A DNA stretch of 64,000 bases from Candidatus Omnitrophota bacterium (GTDB lineage: Bacteria; Omnitrophota; Gorgyraeia; Gygaellales; Profunditerraquicolaceae): positions 9,518-73,517 of the forward strand of contig JAUYDL010000018.1 of assembly GCA_030691865.1 (NCBI GenBank), written 5' to 3'. Of this stretch, positions 8,154 to 17,738 are shown in pieces. A program made the position numbers and the translations under genes. Below the pieces are notes generated by a model. It saw only the letters and a list, made by a program, of their open reading frames with translations. It searched no databases and was not told where the DNA came from. Every line of letters begins with the position of its first letter. The stretch's first letter is position 1.

Positions 8154-9073
8154 TGCTTGAGAAATGGCAGGGAGTAATTTCCACTGTAATTATCGGTGCT
8201 AAAAAAGAAGAAGGCGGTTCCCGCAGCGATACTGTAAAAATCGGCGGGCAAATCACCATGCCTCTATTATTTAAGGAAGGCGCTACTCCTAATAAACCTA
8301 GGATTGCCTTTGAAATTTCCGACATTGCTCCGTTTGACTTCGACGAAGAGTTGATCGCAACCTACGGCAAAGCAGTAAATGACCCCTTTGCCTGGGCGGA
8401 TATCTGCGTTAATGAATATAAAGCAGGGTTGCTCTGCCTAAAAATGCAAGGAACGCATCCTGATTTTGGCAATAAAAGCCCTGAAAGTGCAGCAAAGTTT
8501 ATCTCTGCATTATTAAGTAAAGTTAAAGTTCCTTTAATAATTATAGGAAGCGGGGATGACGCCAAAGATAACCTGATTATGCCGGCTTGTTCGGAGGCAG
8601 CTAGGGGGGAGCGTTGCCTGATTGGTTGCGCAGTGCAAGATAATTATAAAACTTTAGTGGCTTCTGTATTAGCTGACGGCCATAGTATTATTGCTGAAAG
8701 CCCGATAGATATTAATATTGCCAAACAATTAAATATTTTAATCTCCGATATGGGGTTAAGCCTGGAGCGCATTGTAATTAATCCGACGATCGGCGCATTA
8801 GGGTATGGTTTGGAATATGCCTATTCCATTATGGAGAGGGCAAGGCTGGCTGCTTTATCCGGAGATAAAACTTTGGCTTCGCCGTTTATTTGTTTTGTGG
8901 CTCAAGAGGCCTGGAAGACCAAAGAGGCAAAAGCTAGTTCCCAGCAGGGAATTATCTGGGAGACGCTTACCGCCACCAGCCTTATTCAATCAGGAGCGGA
9001 TCTTTTGGTCATGCGCCATCCTAAAGCCGGCCAGAATGTAAGTAATTATATAGAGGCATTATTCAAGGGGTAG
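8138..9073 (+). CDS. acsD: corrinoid iron-sulfur protein small subunit (acetyl-CoA decarbonylase/synthase delta subunit)
   Basis: 311 aa with a TIM-barrel CdhD/AcsD-like sequence (ERIVINPTIGALGYGLEYAYSIMERARLAAL). The gene sits between cooC and acsE. Confidence 0.75.
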   Translation: METQLVLEKWQGVISTVIIGAKKEEGGSRSDTVKIGGQITMPLLFKEGATPNKPRIAFEISDIAPFDFDEELIATYGKAVNDPFAWADICVNEYKAGLLCLKMQGTHPDFGNKSPESAAKFISALLSKVKVPLIIIGSGDDAKDNLIMPACSEAARGERCLIGCAVQDNYKTLVASVLADGHSIIAESPIDINIAKQLNILISDMGLSLERIVINPTIGALGYGLEYAYSIMERARLAALSGDKTLASPFICFVAQEAWKTKEAKASSQQGIIWETLTATSLIQSGADLLVMRHPKAGQNVSNYIEALFKG

Positions 9074-9075
9074 AG

Positions 9076-9864
9076 ATGTTTATAATCGGTGAGTTAATTA
9101 ACGGGATGTATTCTAATATAGCTTTGGCGCTTAAGGATCGTGATAAAAAAATCGTGCAAACCTGCGCGTTGGAGCAAATTGCCAGCGGAGCAGATGCACT
9201 AGACCTAAGTTGCGGGCCAGCTTCTAAAAATCCCTTAATTGATATGCCCTGGCTGGTGGAAGTAATCCAGGAGGTAACCGATAAACCGCTTTGCCTTGAT
9301 TCCGGTAAGCCTAAAGTTATTGAAGAAGGTTTAAAAGTTGCCAAAAATAAAACTATAATTAATTCTACGACTGCAGATGTAGAAAAATTGGAAATACTTA
9401 TTCCGTTGGCTAAGAAATATAGATCTAAGCTCATTGGAATAACCATTAGCGCCAAAGGTATTCCGCAGAATAAAGATCAACGCCTGGAGTTAGCGGCAAC
9501 GATTCTTACACATACTGGTGAACAAGGGTTTCCTATTGAAGATCTGTATCTTGACCCAATAGTTATGCCGATTAATGTGGCGCAAGGCCAAATCCGAGAT
9601 ATCCTGGAGGTGTTGCTTGAGTTTAAGATGATTTCACAGCCTCCTCCGAAAACAATTATAGGCTTAAGTAATATTTCTCAAGGCGCGAAGGCTCGCAGCC
9701 TGATCAACCGCACATTTTTGTCGATGGCGGTTGCATCCGGTTTAGATTCTGCTATACTTAATCCTAAAGATAAAGAGCTTATGGATGCATTAATTACTGC
9801 AGAGCTCATTTTAAATAAAAACATTTATTGTGATTCGTATTTAGAGGCTTATAGAAAAAAGTAG
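9076..9864 (+). CDS. acsE: methyltetrahydrofolate:corrinoid/iron-sulfur protein methyltransferase (pterin-binding DHPS-like domain)
   Basis: 262 aa. The N-terminus MFIIGELINGMY resembles MLIIGERING of MeTr/AcsE. The pterin-binding barrel length is correct. Confidence 0.8.
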   Translation: MFIIGELINGMYSNIALALKDRDKKIVQTCALEQIASGADALDLSCGPASKNPLIDMPWLVEVIQEVTDKPLCLDSGKPKVIEEGLKVAKNKTIINSTTADVEKLEILIPLAKKYRSKLIGITISAKGIPQNKDQRLELAATILTHTGEQGFPIEDLYLDPIVMPINVAQGQIRDILEVLLEFKMISQPPPKTIIGLSNISQGAKARSLINRTFLSMAVASGLDSAILNPKDKELMDALITAELILNKNIYCDSYLEAYRKK

Positions 9865-9888
9865 TTGATAAATTTGATGTTGATTTAT

Positions 9889-9962
9889 GGCGGAGTAGCT
9901 CAGCCTGATAGAGCACGCGGCTCATACCCGCTTGGTCGGTGGTTTAAATCCACTCTCCGCCA
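9889..9962 (+). tRNA. tRNA-Met/Ile2 family (anticodon CAU)
   Basis: Acceptor GGCGGAG/CTCCGCC, D-arm GCTCAGCCTGATAGAGC and anticodon loop CTCATAC (CAU). T-arm GGTTTAAATCC, discriminator A. CCA is not encoded. Confidence 0.85.
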
Positions 9963-9992
9963 TTTTAAGTCGAAAGAGGCATCCTCCCCCTC

Positions 9993-10569
9993 ATGAAAAA
10001 TAAAATTATATTTTTATTAATACTGCTGTTTCTCGGAAATATTTATGATTTTTCGTTAGCCGAAGAACTTACCCATAATAAAGAAAAATCTTTTGTCCGG
10101 GAGATTTTTAATTTTCATGTTGTCGAGCCGGGAGTCCTGCGGGGCAGCCAGCCTTCGGAAACCAGCCTTAAATTACTGAAAGATTATTGCGGGGTCAAAA
10201 CAATTTTAAATCTTCGCGACGATGAAAAGAAGGTTAATTGGGAAAGGCAAGTGTCTGAAAAATTAGGCATGGATTTTATCAATATTCCGATGAATGGGGG
10301 CCAGAAACAGTCGGCTAAAAAAAATAGAGCAGTGTCTTAATATCATGCACGATAAATCCATGCAACCTGTTTTTGTGCATTGCCAGGCAGGTAAAGACAG
10401 GACAGGCATGATTTGCGCTGCCTATAAAATGAAATATGATAATTGGAGCTTAGAAAATGCCTTGTTTGAGATGCTTGTTTATGGCTATAGCCGGAGTTGT
10501 TGTTTTCAGCTTGAGGAATCCTTATCCGCTTGGAATTTATGGAGAAAAGAAAAGCCGTTAAACCCCTGA
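9993..10569 (+). pseudogene. secreted dual-specificity/tyrosine phosphatase (HCxxGxxRT), split by a +1 frameshift in an A8 homopolymer (10318-10325)
   Basis: ORF 9993-10340 has a signal peptide MKNKIIFLLILLFLGNIYDFSLA. ORF 10294-10569 carries the catalytic VHCQAGKDRTGM. Removing one A from the A8 run joins them as ...QKQSAKKIEQCLNIMHDKSMQPVFVHC..., about 190 aa. Confidence 0.6.
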
Positions 10570-11847
10570 TTATTTTCTTGAGATTTTCTTCGCCAGTTTC
10601 TCAACAATCAAGGAAGTAAGAATAAATACGCCTGCCTCAGTGAATACCGTGGCTAATGCTGCCCCCACGTAAGAAAACTGATTTATCAGTATGAATATAA
10701 GCGGTAAGCCGGTGAGTGCGGCGGCAATGTGAATTTTGGCATAGAGATCTTGTTTACCGCAGACGAGAAGAAACTGCACCTTAAAGTTATTCGCCCCCAC
10801 AAAAAATACCGCTGCTAACAGAAGCCGCAAAGCAAACACTACTTCTTTATAAGCAACTCCGCAAGCCAGGCTGATAATCCAGGGAGCTAAAAAAAAGGCA
10901 ATGGGCAGGCTGATGACAAAGCCTAAAGTTATGCCATCCTGGATCTGATACATTATGGCTACTGCGCGCTGCTTATTTTTTGCGAAAACATTACTGATCC
11001 TGGGGTATACTGCCCGGGTGAATGAATCCATAGGGAATGTCTGAATAATATTGGCGATCTTTTCAGCCAGTGAATAATAACCGGTAAGCACATTGTTGGT
11101 AAGCAATCCTACGGCAAAAACCCGGCTGGTAGTATAGGCGTTAACCGCTAAAATAGAAATAAAAATATCCCAGCCCGTTTTAAGTTCCTTTTTTATATCC
11201 GCATATTTCTGTAAAATAAATTCCAGTCGAAATTTCTTAAAGGCAATATAAAGCCCAAGTATTCCGCTGATTATAGATAAAAGCGAACCTAATAGCGGCA
11301 CGAGCAGGTAATCCTCGGGCCCCTTGATAAAAATAAAAATACAAATTGCGTAAGTTATGCCGCTGATTACATTGACTACGGCAATATAGCTCATTTTTTC
11401 TTTACCTTGGAAAAACCAGACAGGGAATAAAGTGCTGCCCACCACTGTCCCAAAACATAAGATGTAAACTATCCAATTATCTCTGAATCTAGGCACAAGA
11501 TATAGAATGGCACAAAGGGCCAGCAAACTTATTGCCGCAAAGATAAGTTTTACGGTCATTACCGTAGAAAATAGCGCGCTAATCTTTTTTTTATGTTCTT
11601 CGATCAGCGCGATCGTCCGGGTAGCTGATAAGCTGAAACCATAATCAGTTAAAATCATAAAATATTGCACCAGGCTTTGGGCAAAAGCGATTAAGCCGAA
11701 TTTTTCTATGCCGATTACCCTGATCAAATACGGAAGAACAACTATGGGCAGGATATAGCTAATACTCTGGAGAGTGGTGAGGGAAATAAAATTTCCCAGG
11801 ACAATTTTTCTTTCTTTGTGGGTGACGATTTTAGCAGTCATCTGCAT
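10570..11847 (-). CDS. oligosaccharide/polysaccharide flippase (Wzx/MOP superfamily) membrane protein
   Basis: 425 aa and about 12 TM helices, with an organisation typical of Wzx-like polysaccharide biosynthesis proteins. It is the only minus-strand gene in the window. Confidence 0.65.
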   Translation of the reverse strand: MQMTAKIVTHKERKIVLGNFISLTTLQSISYILPIVVLPYLIRVIGIEKFGLIAFAQSLVQYFMILTDYGFSLSATRTIALIEEHKKKISALFSTVMTVKLIFAAISLLALCAILYLVPRFRDNWIVYILCFGTVVGSTLFPVWFFQGKEKMSYIAVVNVISGITYAICIFIFIKGPEDYLLVPLLGSLLSIISGILGLYIAFKKFRLEFILQKYADIKKELKTGWDIFISILAVNAYTTSRVFAVGLLTNNVLTGYYSLAEKIANIIQTFPMDSFTRAVYPRISNVFAKNKQRAVAIMYQIQDGITLGFVISLPIAFFLAPWIISLACGVAYKEVVFALRLLLAAVFFVGANNFKVQFLLVCGKQDLYAKIHIAAALTGLPLIFILINQFSYVGAALATVFTEAGVFILTSLIVEKLAKKISRK

Positions 11848-11887
11848 TAATTTACACTTTCAGCGGAGTAAAGTCAACAAAAACCCA

Positions 11888-11912
11888 GGGGACGGTTGTC
11901 CCCTAGTTTTTT
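11888..11912 (+). repeat. short hairpin AGGGGACGGTTGTCCCCT followed by T7; a truncated relative of the GGGGACGGTTC hairpin family
   Basis: Read directly. It lies in the divergent region between the flippase start and tilS. It looks like an intrinsic terminator on the + strand, but no upstream + gene ends here. Confidence 0.4.
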
Positions 11913-11940
11913 TATAATTTTATGCTAAGATAAATCCAAG

Positions 11941-12900
11941 ATGAATGAGTTTAGGGAAACAATTAAAAAACATAATTTGATCCAAAGAGGGGATAAAATT
12001 CTAGTGGGAGTTTCCGGAGGGCCGGATTCACTGGCGTTGCTCTTGAAGCTTTTTAGCCTAAAATCTAAGTTAGGCTTAACTTTACACATTGCGCATTTGG
12101 ATCATGGTTTACGTAAAGACTCTAAGCTTGATGCGCTTTTTGTAAAACGTTGGGGCCAAAAGCTCAATCTTCCCGTAACTATAAGACAATTAGCTGATCA
12201 GCAGATTAAAACAAAAGGCTCTTTAGAAGAATTCTTCCGGGAAGAAAGATTAAAATTTTTTATTCAAACCGCAAAAACAATAAAAGCGGATAAGATCGCC
12301 TTGGGGCATAACCTCGATGATCAGGCAGAGACGGTGTTGATGCGCCTATTACGCGGTACCGGTTTATCCGGTTTATCCGGAATATCCGCCAGAAGAGTCA
12401 TCCGGGGCGCAGTGTTTATCCGGCCATTCCTTGAAACTACGCGCCTCCAAATCGATAAATTTTTAAAAAACAGGGGCATAAAACCGCGCATTGACTCAAC
12501 CAATCAAGAAGATATCTTCTTGCGCAATAAGATCCGCCATCATTTAATTCCTTTGCTTAGGAATAAATATAATATTAACATCCTAAAAGTATTGGCTAAT
12601 CTGGCTGAAACTGTTTCCTATGATTATGAATATTTGGATCAAGTTGCTAAACGCAGCTTAAAAGGTAACCCCCTGCGGCTGGATCTTAAGAAAATTACGA
12701 AATTGCATCAAGCAATCCTGCGCCTTAAACTGCGCCAGTCCATATCCTGTATTCAGGGAGATACGCGCAGAATAAGTTTTCAGCATATTAAGGAGCTTGA
12801 GGATTTAATTCGCTGCCGTCCGAGTGGGTCAATTGTTGATTTGCCCAAAGGAATCTGCGTACAAAAATCCCGCAATAATCTACTTTTTTTTAATAAATAA
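11941..12900 (+). CDS. tilS: tRNA(Ile)-lysidine synthetase
   Basis: 319 aa. The PP-loop SGGPDS within LVGVSGGPDSLALL and the TilS N-terminal domain architecture are present. Confidence 0.85.
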   Translation: MNEFRETIKKHNLIQRGDKILVGVSGGPDSLALLLKLFSLKSKLGLTLHIAHLDHGLRKDSKLDALFVKRWGQKLNLPVTIRQLADQQIKTKGSLEEFFREERLKFFIQTAKTIKADKIALGHNLDDQAETVLMRLLRGTGLSGLSGISARRVIRGAVFIRPFLETTRLQIDKFLKNRGIKPRIDSTNQEDIFLRNKIRHHLIPLLRNKYNINILKVLANLAETVSYDYEYLDQVAKRSLKGNPLRLDLKKITKLHQAILRLKLRQSISCIQGDTRRISFQHIKELEDLIRCRPSGSIVDLPKGICVQKSRNNLLFFNK

Positions 12901-12985
12901 GGGGTACGTTTCTGTTTTTTAAATTTAAAAAATATAACCGTCCCGACGATTCTCAAGGAAAAATAGAACCGTCCCCTTTATTTTA
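12901..12985. repeat. degenerate copy (1.5 units) of the GGGGACGGTTC hairpin family after the tilS stop
   Basis: GGGGTACGTTTCTGTTTTTT...AAAAAATATAACCGTCCC...GAAAAATAGAACCGTCCCC. The last 19 nt are identical to the canonical 3' arm. Confidence 0.5.
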
Positions 12986-12991
12986 AAATAC

Positions 12992-13020
12992 TTGATTTTA
13001 CACATTTTTCAGGATATAAT
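12992..13020 (+). promoter_or_regulatory. putative sigma-70-type promoter for ftsH (TTGATT-N17-TATAAT)
   Basis: -35 TTGATT at 12992-12997, a 17-nt spacer, and -10 TATAAT at 13015-13020, about 50 nt upstream of the ftsH ATG. Confidence 0.45.
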
Positions 13021-13068
13021 AAAAATCTAAATCGTTTAAGCGATTTTCTTAAACCCGGGAGAAATTAA

Positions 13069-14925
13069 ATGGCCAAGCAAAAAAAATCTAAACCCAATAA
13101 AACCAACATCATCAAGCGTTTTCCTTTCGGTTGGTTGTTGGTCTTTTTTCTACTGATGATGTTGATGAATTCTTTTAATAATATTTCCACAACCGGTATT
13201 CCTAAAGAGATCAGTTATAGTCATTTTTATCAAACTTTAAAAAATAACCCTGAGAGCATAAAGAAAGTTACCAAAACGGAGACTATCCTCCAGGGAGAAT
13301 TTTCGGATAATTCAAAATTTTTTGTGAATATCCCGGAGAATGACCCGGAGATGCTTGGCCTGATGCGGCAGAATTTAAAGAATTTTGAGATTAAACCGGC
13401 GCGAACATTTTGGATCAGCCTGCTCTTTAATTTAGGGCCGATATTATTGCTTATCTTTTTCTGGTGGATGATGGCAGCCCGCGGAGAACAGTTAGGCTCA
13501 AGAATTATGTCTTTTGGAAAAGTTAAGTCTAAAATTCAAAACAGTAATGAAAAGGCTACTTTTGATGATGTAGCGGGCGTTGATGAAGCGAAAGAGGAAT
13601 TGAAAGAAGTAATTGAATTCCTTAAAGACCCTAAAAAATTTCAAAAGCTGGGCGGTAAAATCCCTAAAGGAGTACTTTTAATTGGTCCACCGGGATGTGG
13701 AAAAACACTCATCGCTAGGGCTGTGGCCGGTGAAGCTAATGTGCCTTTTTTTAGTATATCCGGCTCTAATTTTGTCGAGATGTTTGTAGGGGTGGGAGCT
13801 AGCCGGGTAAGAGATTTATTTGATCAGGGGCGTAAAGCCGGGGTAGTCTCGGGAAAAGGAGCAATAATTTTTATTGATGAAATTGATGCTGTAGGGCGCT
13901 TGCGTTTTTCCGGAATTGGCGGAGGCAATGATGAACGTGAACAAACCCTTAATCAGTTGTTAGTAGAGATGGATGGGTTTGACAGCCAGCAAGGCCTCAT
14001 TCTGATTGCTGCCACTAATCGTCCGGATACACTAGATCCGGCACTCCTGCGCCCGGGAAGGTTTGATCGCACCATTATTATTAACCTGCCGGATATCAAG
14101 GGGCGTGAAGAAATACTTAAAGTACATACACGTAAGATTAAGCTTGCCGAATCAGTTAATTTAAAATCTGTGGCCAGCCAAACCCCGGGTTTTTCCGGAG
14201 CGGACCTGGCTAATCTTTGTAATGAAGCTGCGTTGATGGCTGCCCGCAATAATAAAGAAGCAGTGGAAGAGATTGATTTAGATAAATCAGTAGAAAGAGT
14301 GCTGATGGGGCCGGAAAAGAAAAGCCATATTATGTCTAAGAAAGAGAAACAGATCACTTCTTTGCATGAGTCCGGGCATGCCCTGCTTTCTTTGCTGTTA
14401 CCTGAAGTCAATCCCTTAAAGAAAGTTTCAATTATCCCACGCGGACTGGCCGGTGGGTATACCTTTACTCCGCCGTTGGAAGACCGGCATTACTGGACGA
14501 AGAAAGAACTGCTTGCAGAGATTACCATGATTCTGGGGGGCAGGGCTTCAGAAGAGTTGAGCTTAAGCGAAGTGACTACCGGAGGGCAAAATGATTTGGA
14601 GGTGGCTACCGGTATGGCCAGGCGCATGGTTACTCAATTCGGTATGTCTGAAAGGCTGGGGAATTTGACTCTAGGTAGGAGAGAAGGGCTGATATTTTTA
14701 GGCCGCGATATTATGGAGGAAAAAAACTATAGCGAACAGACTGCGCACATCATTGATGAAGAGGTAAAGCAAATAACTGATGATGCTTATAATAAAGCTA
14801 TAGAGCTGTTAAGAAATAACCAGGATAAACTCAAGCTTCTTTCAAATTCTCTTCTAGAAAAAGAAGTCTTAAGTGGAGAGGAAGTAAAAAAAATACTGGG
14901 AATCGAAAAGAGCGATCTGGTTTAA
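13069..14925 (+). CDS. ftsH: ATP-dependent zinc metalloprotease FtsH
   Basis: 618 aa. Present are N-terminal TM helices, the AAA+ Walker A GPPGCGKT, the second region of homology and the zinc motif HESGHAL. Confidence 0.95.
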   Translation: MAKQKKSKPNKTNIIKRFPFGWLLVFFLLMMLMNSFNNISTTGIPKEISYSHFYQTLKNNPESIKKVTKTETILQGEFSDNSKFFVNIPENDPEMLGLMRQNLKNFEIKPARTFWISLLFNLGPILLLIFFWWMMAARGEQLGSRIMSFGKVKSKIQNSNEKATFDDVAGVDEAKEELKEVIEFLKDPKKFQKLGGKIPKGVLLIGPPGCGKTLIARAVAGEANVPFFSISGSNFVEMFVGVGASRVRDLFDQGRKAGVVSGKGAIIFIDEIDAVGRLRFSGIGGGNDEREQTLNQLLVEMDGFDSQQGLILIAATNRPDTLDPALLRPGRFDRTIIINLPDIKGREEILKVHTRKIKLAESVNLKSVASQTPGFSGADLANLCNEAALMAARNNKEAVEEIDLDKSVERVLMGPEKKSHIMSKKEKQITSLHESGHALLSLLLPEVNPLKKVSIIPRGLAGGYTFTPPLEDRHYWTKKELLAEITMILGGRASEELSLSEVTTGGQNDLEVATGMARRMVTQFGMSERLGNLTLGRREGLIFLGRDIMEEKNYSEQTAHIIDEEVKQITDDAYNKAIELLRNNQDKLKLLSNSLLEKEVLSGEEVKKILGIEKSDLV

Positions 14926-14929
14926 ATTA

Positions 14930-16132
14930 ATGCGTATCTTCCGATTTAATTGCCAAAAAGAAGTAGAAAATATTATGCATGATATTGGGGTTGATCCTTA
15001 TGGGATTAAAATCATGCTCCCTAAAACTTCGGCATTTTTAATCCAATTAAACTCAATATCAAATATCTCTGCCAATATCCTTAAACAAGAAATGCTTTCT
15101 TTGGGAGCTGACGCGGCAATTGCCAGAGGCGCACTTACCGGTAAAACCAAAAAAACCGATATTCTTTTGATCGGACAACTTGCCCAGTTTGCTGCTTTGG
15201 CAAATAAATTAAAAATTCAGCCATTTGGCCTGCAAAAGCTGGCGGGTGAGTTAGATGAAAATATCAAAAATTTTACTAAAAATGATTTTGTCCTGTCTTT
15301 AAGAAAAGGTTTTTTAAATCTTAGTAAAAAAACGCATATTATGGGTATTATTAATTTAACGCCTGATTCATTCAGCCATGACGGTTTATATCGGGAGTTT
15401 AGTAATAACTATCCTGGTTTGGCTTTAAAGAAAGCAGAAGCGATGGTGGCTGACGGAGCAGATATTATTGATCTGGGAGGCCAATCCAGCCGGCCAGGAG
15501 CAAAAAACATAAGCGTAAAAGAAGAATTATGCCGCACTGTGCCTGTAGTAAAACTGTTGGCAAAGAAAATCAATGCGCCGATTTCTATTGATACTACTAA
15601 ACCCGAGGTAGCCAAGGCAGCTTTAGATGCCGGCGCGCAAATCATTAACGATATCTGCGGCTTAAGAGACAAACGTATGATTAAGGTGGCTGCTGGATAT
15701 AAAGCCGCGGTGGTGATTATGCACATGCTGGGAAGGCCCGCAAATATGCAAAAAATAATTGCCTATGAATCTTTGATTGATGATATCGCTATTTACCTAA
15801 AAAAATCTATTGATTCTGCGCAGGCAGGCGGGATTAAGCCGGATAAAATCATTATTGATCCGGGTGTGGGATTTGGTAAAACGCCGGCTCATAATTTTGA
15901 GATAATTAAGCATCTGGCAGATTTTAAGGCCTTAGGCAAGCCTATACTGATCGGCCCTTCCAGAAAATCATTTATTACCAAAGTTTTAGGGCCAAAATCG
16001 CTCGACATAACTAGCGGTACTTTGGCTGCCTGTGTAATGGCTGCCCAGCGCGGCGCGAATATTGTGCGTGTGCATGATGTAAAAGAAGTAAGCCAATCCT
16101 TAAAAATAGTGGAAGCGGTGAAAAAATGTTAG
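14930..16132 (+). CDS. folP: dihydropteroate synthase with a ~130-aa N-terminal extension
   Basis: The C-terminal ~270 aa begins GIINLTPDSFSHDG and has a pterin-binding barrel. The order ftsH-folP is conserved in many bacteria. The N-terminal 130 aa have no recognisable match. Confidence 0.85.
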   Translation: MRIFRFNCQKEVENIMHDIGVDPYGIKIMLPKTSAFLIQLNSISNISANILKQEMLSLGADAAIARGALTGKTKKTDILLIGQLAQFAALANKLKIQPFGLQKLAGELDENIKNFTKNDFVLSLRKGFLNLSKKTHIMGIINLTPDSFSHDGLYREFSNNYPGLALKKAEAMVADGADIIDLGGQSSRPGAKNISVKEELCRTVPVVKLLAKKINAPISIDTTKPEVAKAALDAGAQIINDICGLRDKRMIKVAAGYKAAVVIMHMLGRPANMQKIIAYESLIDDIAIYLKKSIDSAQAGGIKPDKIIIDPGVGFGKTPAHNFEIIKHLADFKALGKPILIGPSRKSFITKVLGPKSLDITSGTLAACVMAAQRGANIVRVHDVKEVSQSLKIVEAVKKC

Positions 16133-16893
16133 GGCACAATTTAATCCTATATTGGAAACCGGCAATTGAGATTGCTATTCTTTGGTTTCTTATTTACCAG
16201 ATCATGCTTTTTTTTAAAGGTACCCGTGGCCTGCAAGCTTTACGCGGCATAATCATACTTTTACTTGCTTTTTTGGTTTTTCAAAAATTTGATTTTTTGG
16301 TATTAAGCTGGTTATTTAAAAAGCTCTTTGGAATATCCGTTATTGCGATATTAATTATATTTCATCCGGAAATAAGAATGGGCCTTGCCCAGATAGGCAA
16401 ACGTCAAATCTTTAAAAATAATCTAAAGGACGAGGATATCATACTTCTTAGCCGGCAAATCGCAGAGGGCTGCGAAAACTTAGCTAAAAATAAATTAGGG
16501 GCTTTAATTGCCATTGAAAAAGATGATTCCCTGGCTGCCTATATTCAAAGTGGGGAGGCTATAGATTCGCGTGTTTGTGCAGATTTGATTGAGGCAATTT
16601 TTACCCCGAATAATCCTCTGCACGACGGCGGCCTGATCATTAGCCGTGGAAGAATTGCTGCCGCAGGATGTATCTTCCCCTTAGCCATAAATCAAGAATT
16701 AAGCAGGGTCTTCGGCACGCGGCATCGGGCAGCCTTGGGCTTAAGTGAAGAGACCGATGCCATATTAATTGTGGTTTCTGAAGAAAGGCGCGATATATCC
16801 ATTATTTACCGAAGGAAATTTTATAAAGATTTAGGCGCGGTACAGTTAGAGACAAAAATTAAAGAGCTGCTTAAAACAAAAGAGAATGAATAA
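16126..16893 (+). CDS. cdaA: diadenylate cyclase CdaA (three N-terminal TM helices plus DAC domain)
   Basis: 255 aa. DAC motifs LHDGGLIISRGRIAAAGCIFPL and GTRHRAALGLSEETDAILIVVSEE are present. Confidence 0.85.
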   Translation: MLGHNLILYWKPAIEIAILWFLIYQIMLFFKGTRGLQALRGIIILLLAFLVFQKFDFLVLSWLFKKLFGISVIAILIIFHPEIRMGLAQIGKRQIFKNNLKDEDIILLSRQIAEGCENLAKNKLGALIAIEKDDSLAAYIQSGEAIDSRVCADLIEAIFTPNNPLHDGGLIISRGRIAAAGCIFPLAINQELSRVFGTRHRAALGLSEETDAILIVVSEERRDISIIYRRKFYKDLGAVQLETKIKELLKTKENE

Positions 16894-17014
16894 AAACCGC
16901 AAGTATATTTTTTCGCATATTGTTTGTTCAATCTCTACCCATCCGTGGTTGAAACTTATTTCTTTGCTCCTGGCGGTGATCATCTGGTTTTCTGTAAAAG
17001 GGGAAAGAATATAA
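16886..17014 (+). CDS. 42-aa remnant resembling the N-terminal membrane anchor of the CdaA regulator CdaR (YbbR), truncated
   Basis: The ATG overlaps the cdaA stop. The ORF encodes MNKNRKYIFSHIVCSISTHPWLKLISLLLAVIIWFSVKGERI*, which resembles the YbbR N-terminus (...LKILSLLLAILLWFYV). It is below the ORF-track size cutoff. Confidence 0.35.
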   Translation: MNKNRKYIFSHIVCSISTHPWLKLISLLLAVIIWFSVKGERI

Positions 17015-17024
17015 AATCAAAACT

Positions 17025-17738
17025 ATGCCTAGATTAGGAGTAAATATCGACCATGTAGCAACTTTACGCCAGGCACGCGGCGGGAACCTGCCTGATCCTG
17101 TTTATGCGGCGTTTTTGGCTGAACAAGCCGGTGCCCAGAGCATCGTGGCGCATTTAAGGGAAGATCGCCGGCACATCCAGGATCAGGATATTAAGCTTCT
17201 GCGTAAAAAGATTGGAACTAAACTTAACCTTGAGATGTCCATTGCGCCAGAGATTTTAAAAATTGCATGTTCGATCAGGCCTTACCAGGCAACCCTGGTG
17301 CCTGAAAGAAGGAATGAATTAACTACCGAAGGCGGATTAAACGTAGCCGCTAACCTTAAGATTATTGCTGCGGCCATAAAAAAATTAAAAGAATCTGATA
17401 TCCGGGTGAGTTTATTTATTGATCCGGACAAAAATCAGGTTGATGCCGCCCAAGGCGCCGGCGCTAAGATTATTGAGTTTCACACCGGCCGCTATGCGTT
17501 GGCAAAAAATTCCAGGCAAAAAGAAAAATTTTTCAACCAGCTAAAACACGCTGTGGATTATGCCCAAGCCCAAGGGCTAGTGGTTAATGCCGGACACGGC
17601 CTTGATTATGCCAATGTCAGGCGGATTGCTCAAATTAAGGGGATAGAAGAACTTAATATCGGTTATTCCATTATTTGCAAAGCCTTATATGTGGGGTTAT
17701 TTGCGGCAGTTAAAGAAATGCGGGAGTTAGTCAGGTAA
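17025..17738 (+). CDS. pdxJ: pyridoxine 5'-phosphate synthase
   Basis: 237 aa. The N-terminus MPRLGVNIDHVATLRQARGG is the PdxJ signature. Confidence 0.9.
   Translation: MPRLGVNIDHVATLRQARGGNLPDPVYAAFLAEQAGAQSIVAHLREDRRHIQDQDIKLLRKKIGTKLNLEMSIAPEILKIACSIRPYQATLVPERRNELTTEGGLNVAANLKIIAAAIKKLKESDIRVSLFIDPDKNQVDAAQGAGAKIIEFHTGRYALAKNSRQKEKFFNQLKHAVDYAQAQGLVVNAGHGLDYANVRRIAQIKGIEELNIGYSIICKALYVGLFAAVKEMRELVR

Noticed and set aside
9889-10569. Integrated element at tRNA-Met (tRNA next to a frameshifted secreted gene; HTH_17 'excisionase-like' proteins nearby)
   Set aside because: There is no integrase, no direct repeat of the tRNA 3' end, and no phage or conjugation genes. The HTH_17 proteins are 7 kb away in a different operon.
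11888-11905. Guanidine-II (mini-ykkC) riboswitch, suggested by GGGGACGG...CCCC hairpins
   Set aside because: mini-ykkC needs two hairpins with ACGR tetraloops. Here the loops are GGTT or long AT-rich loops, and the hairpins sit at 3' ends, not in leaders.
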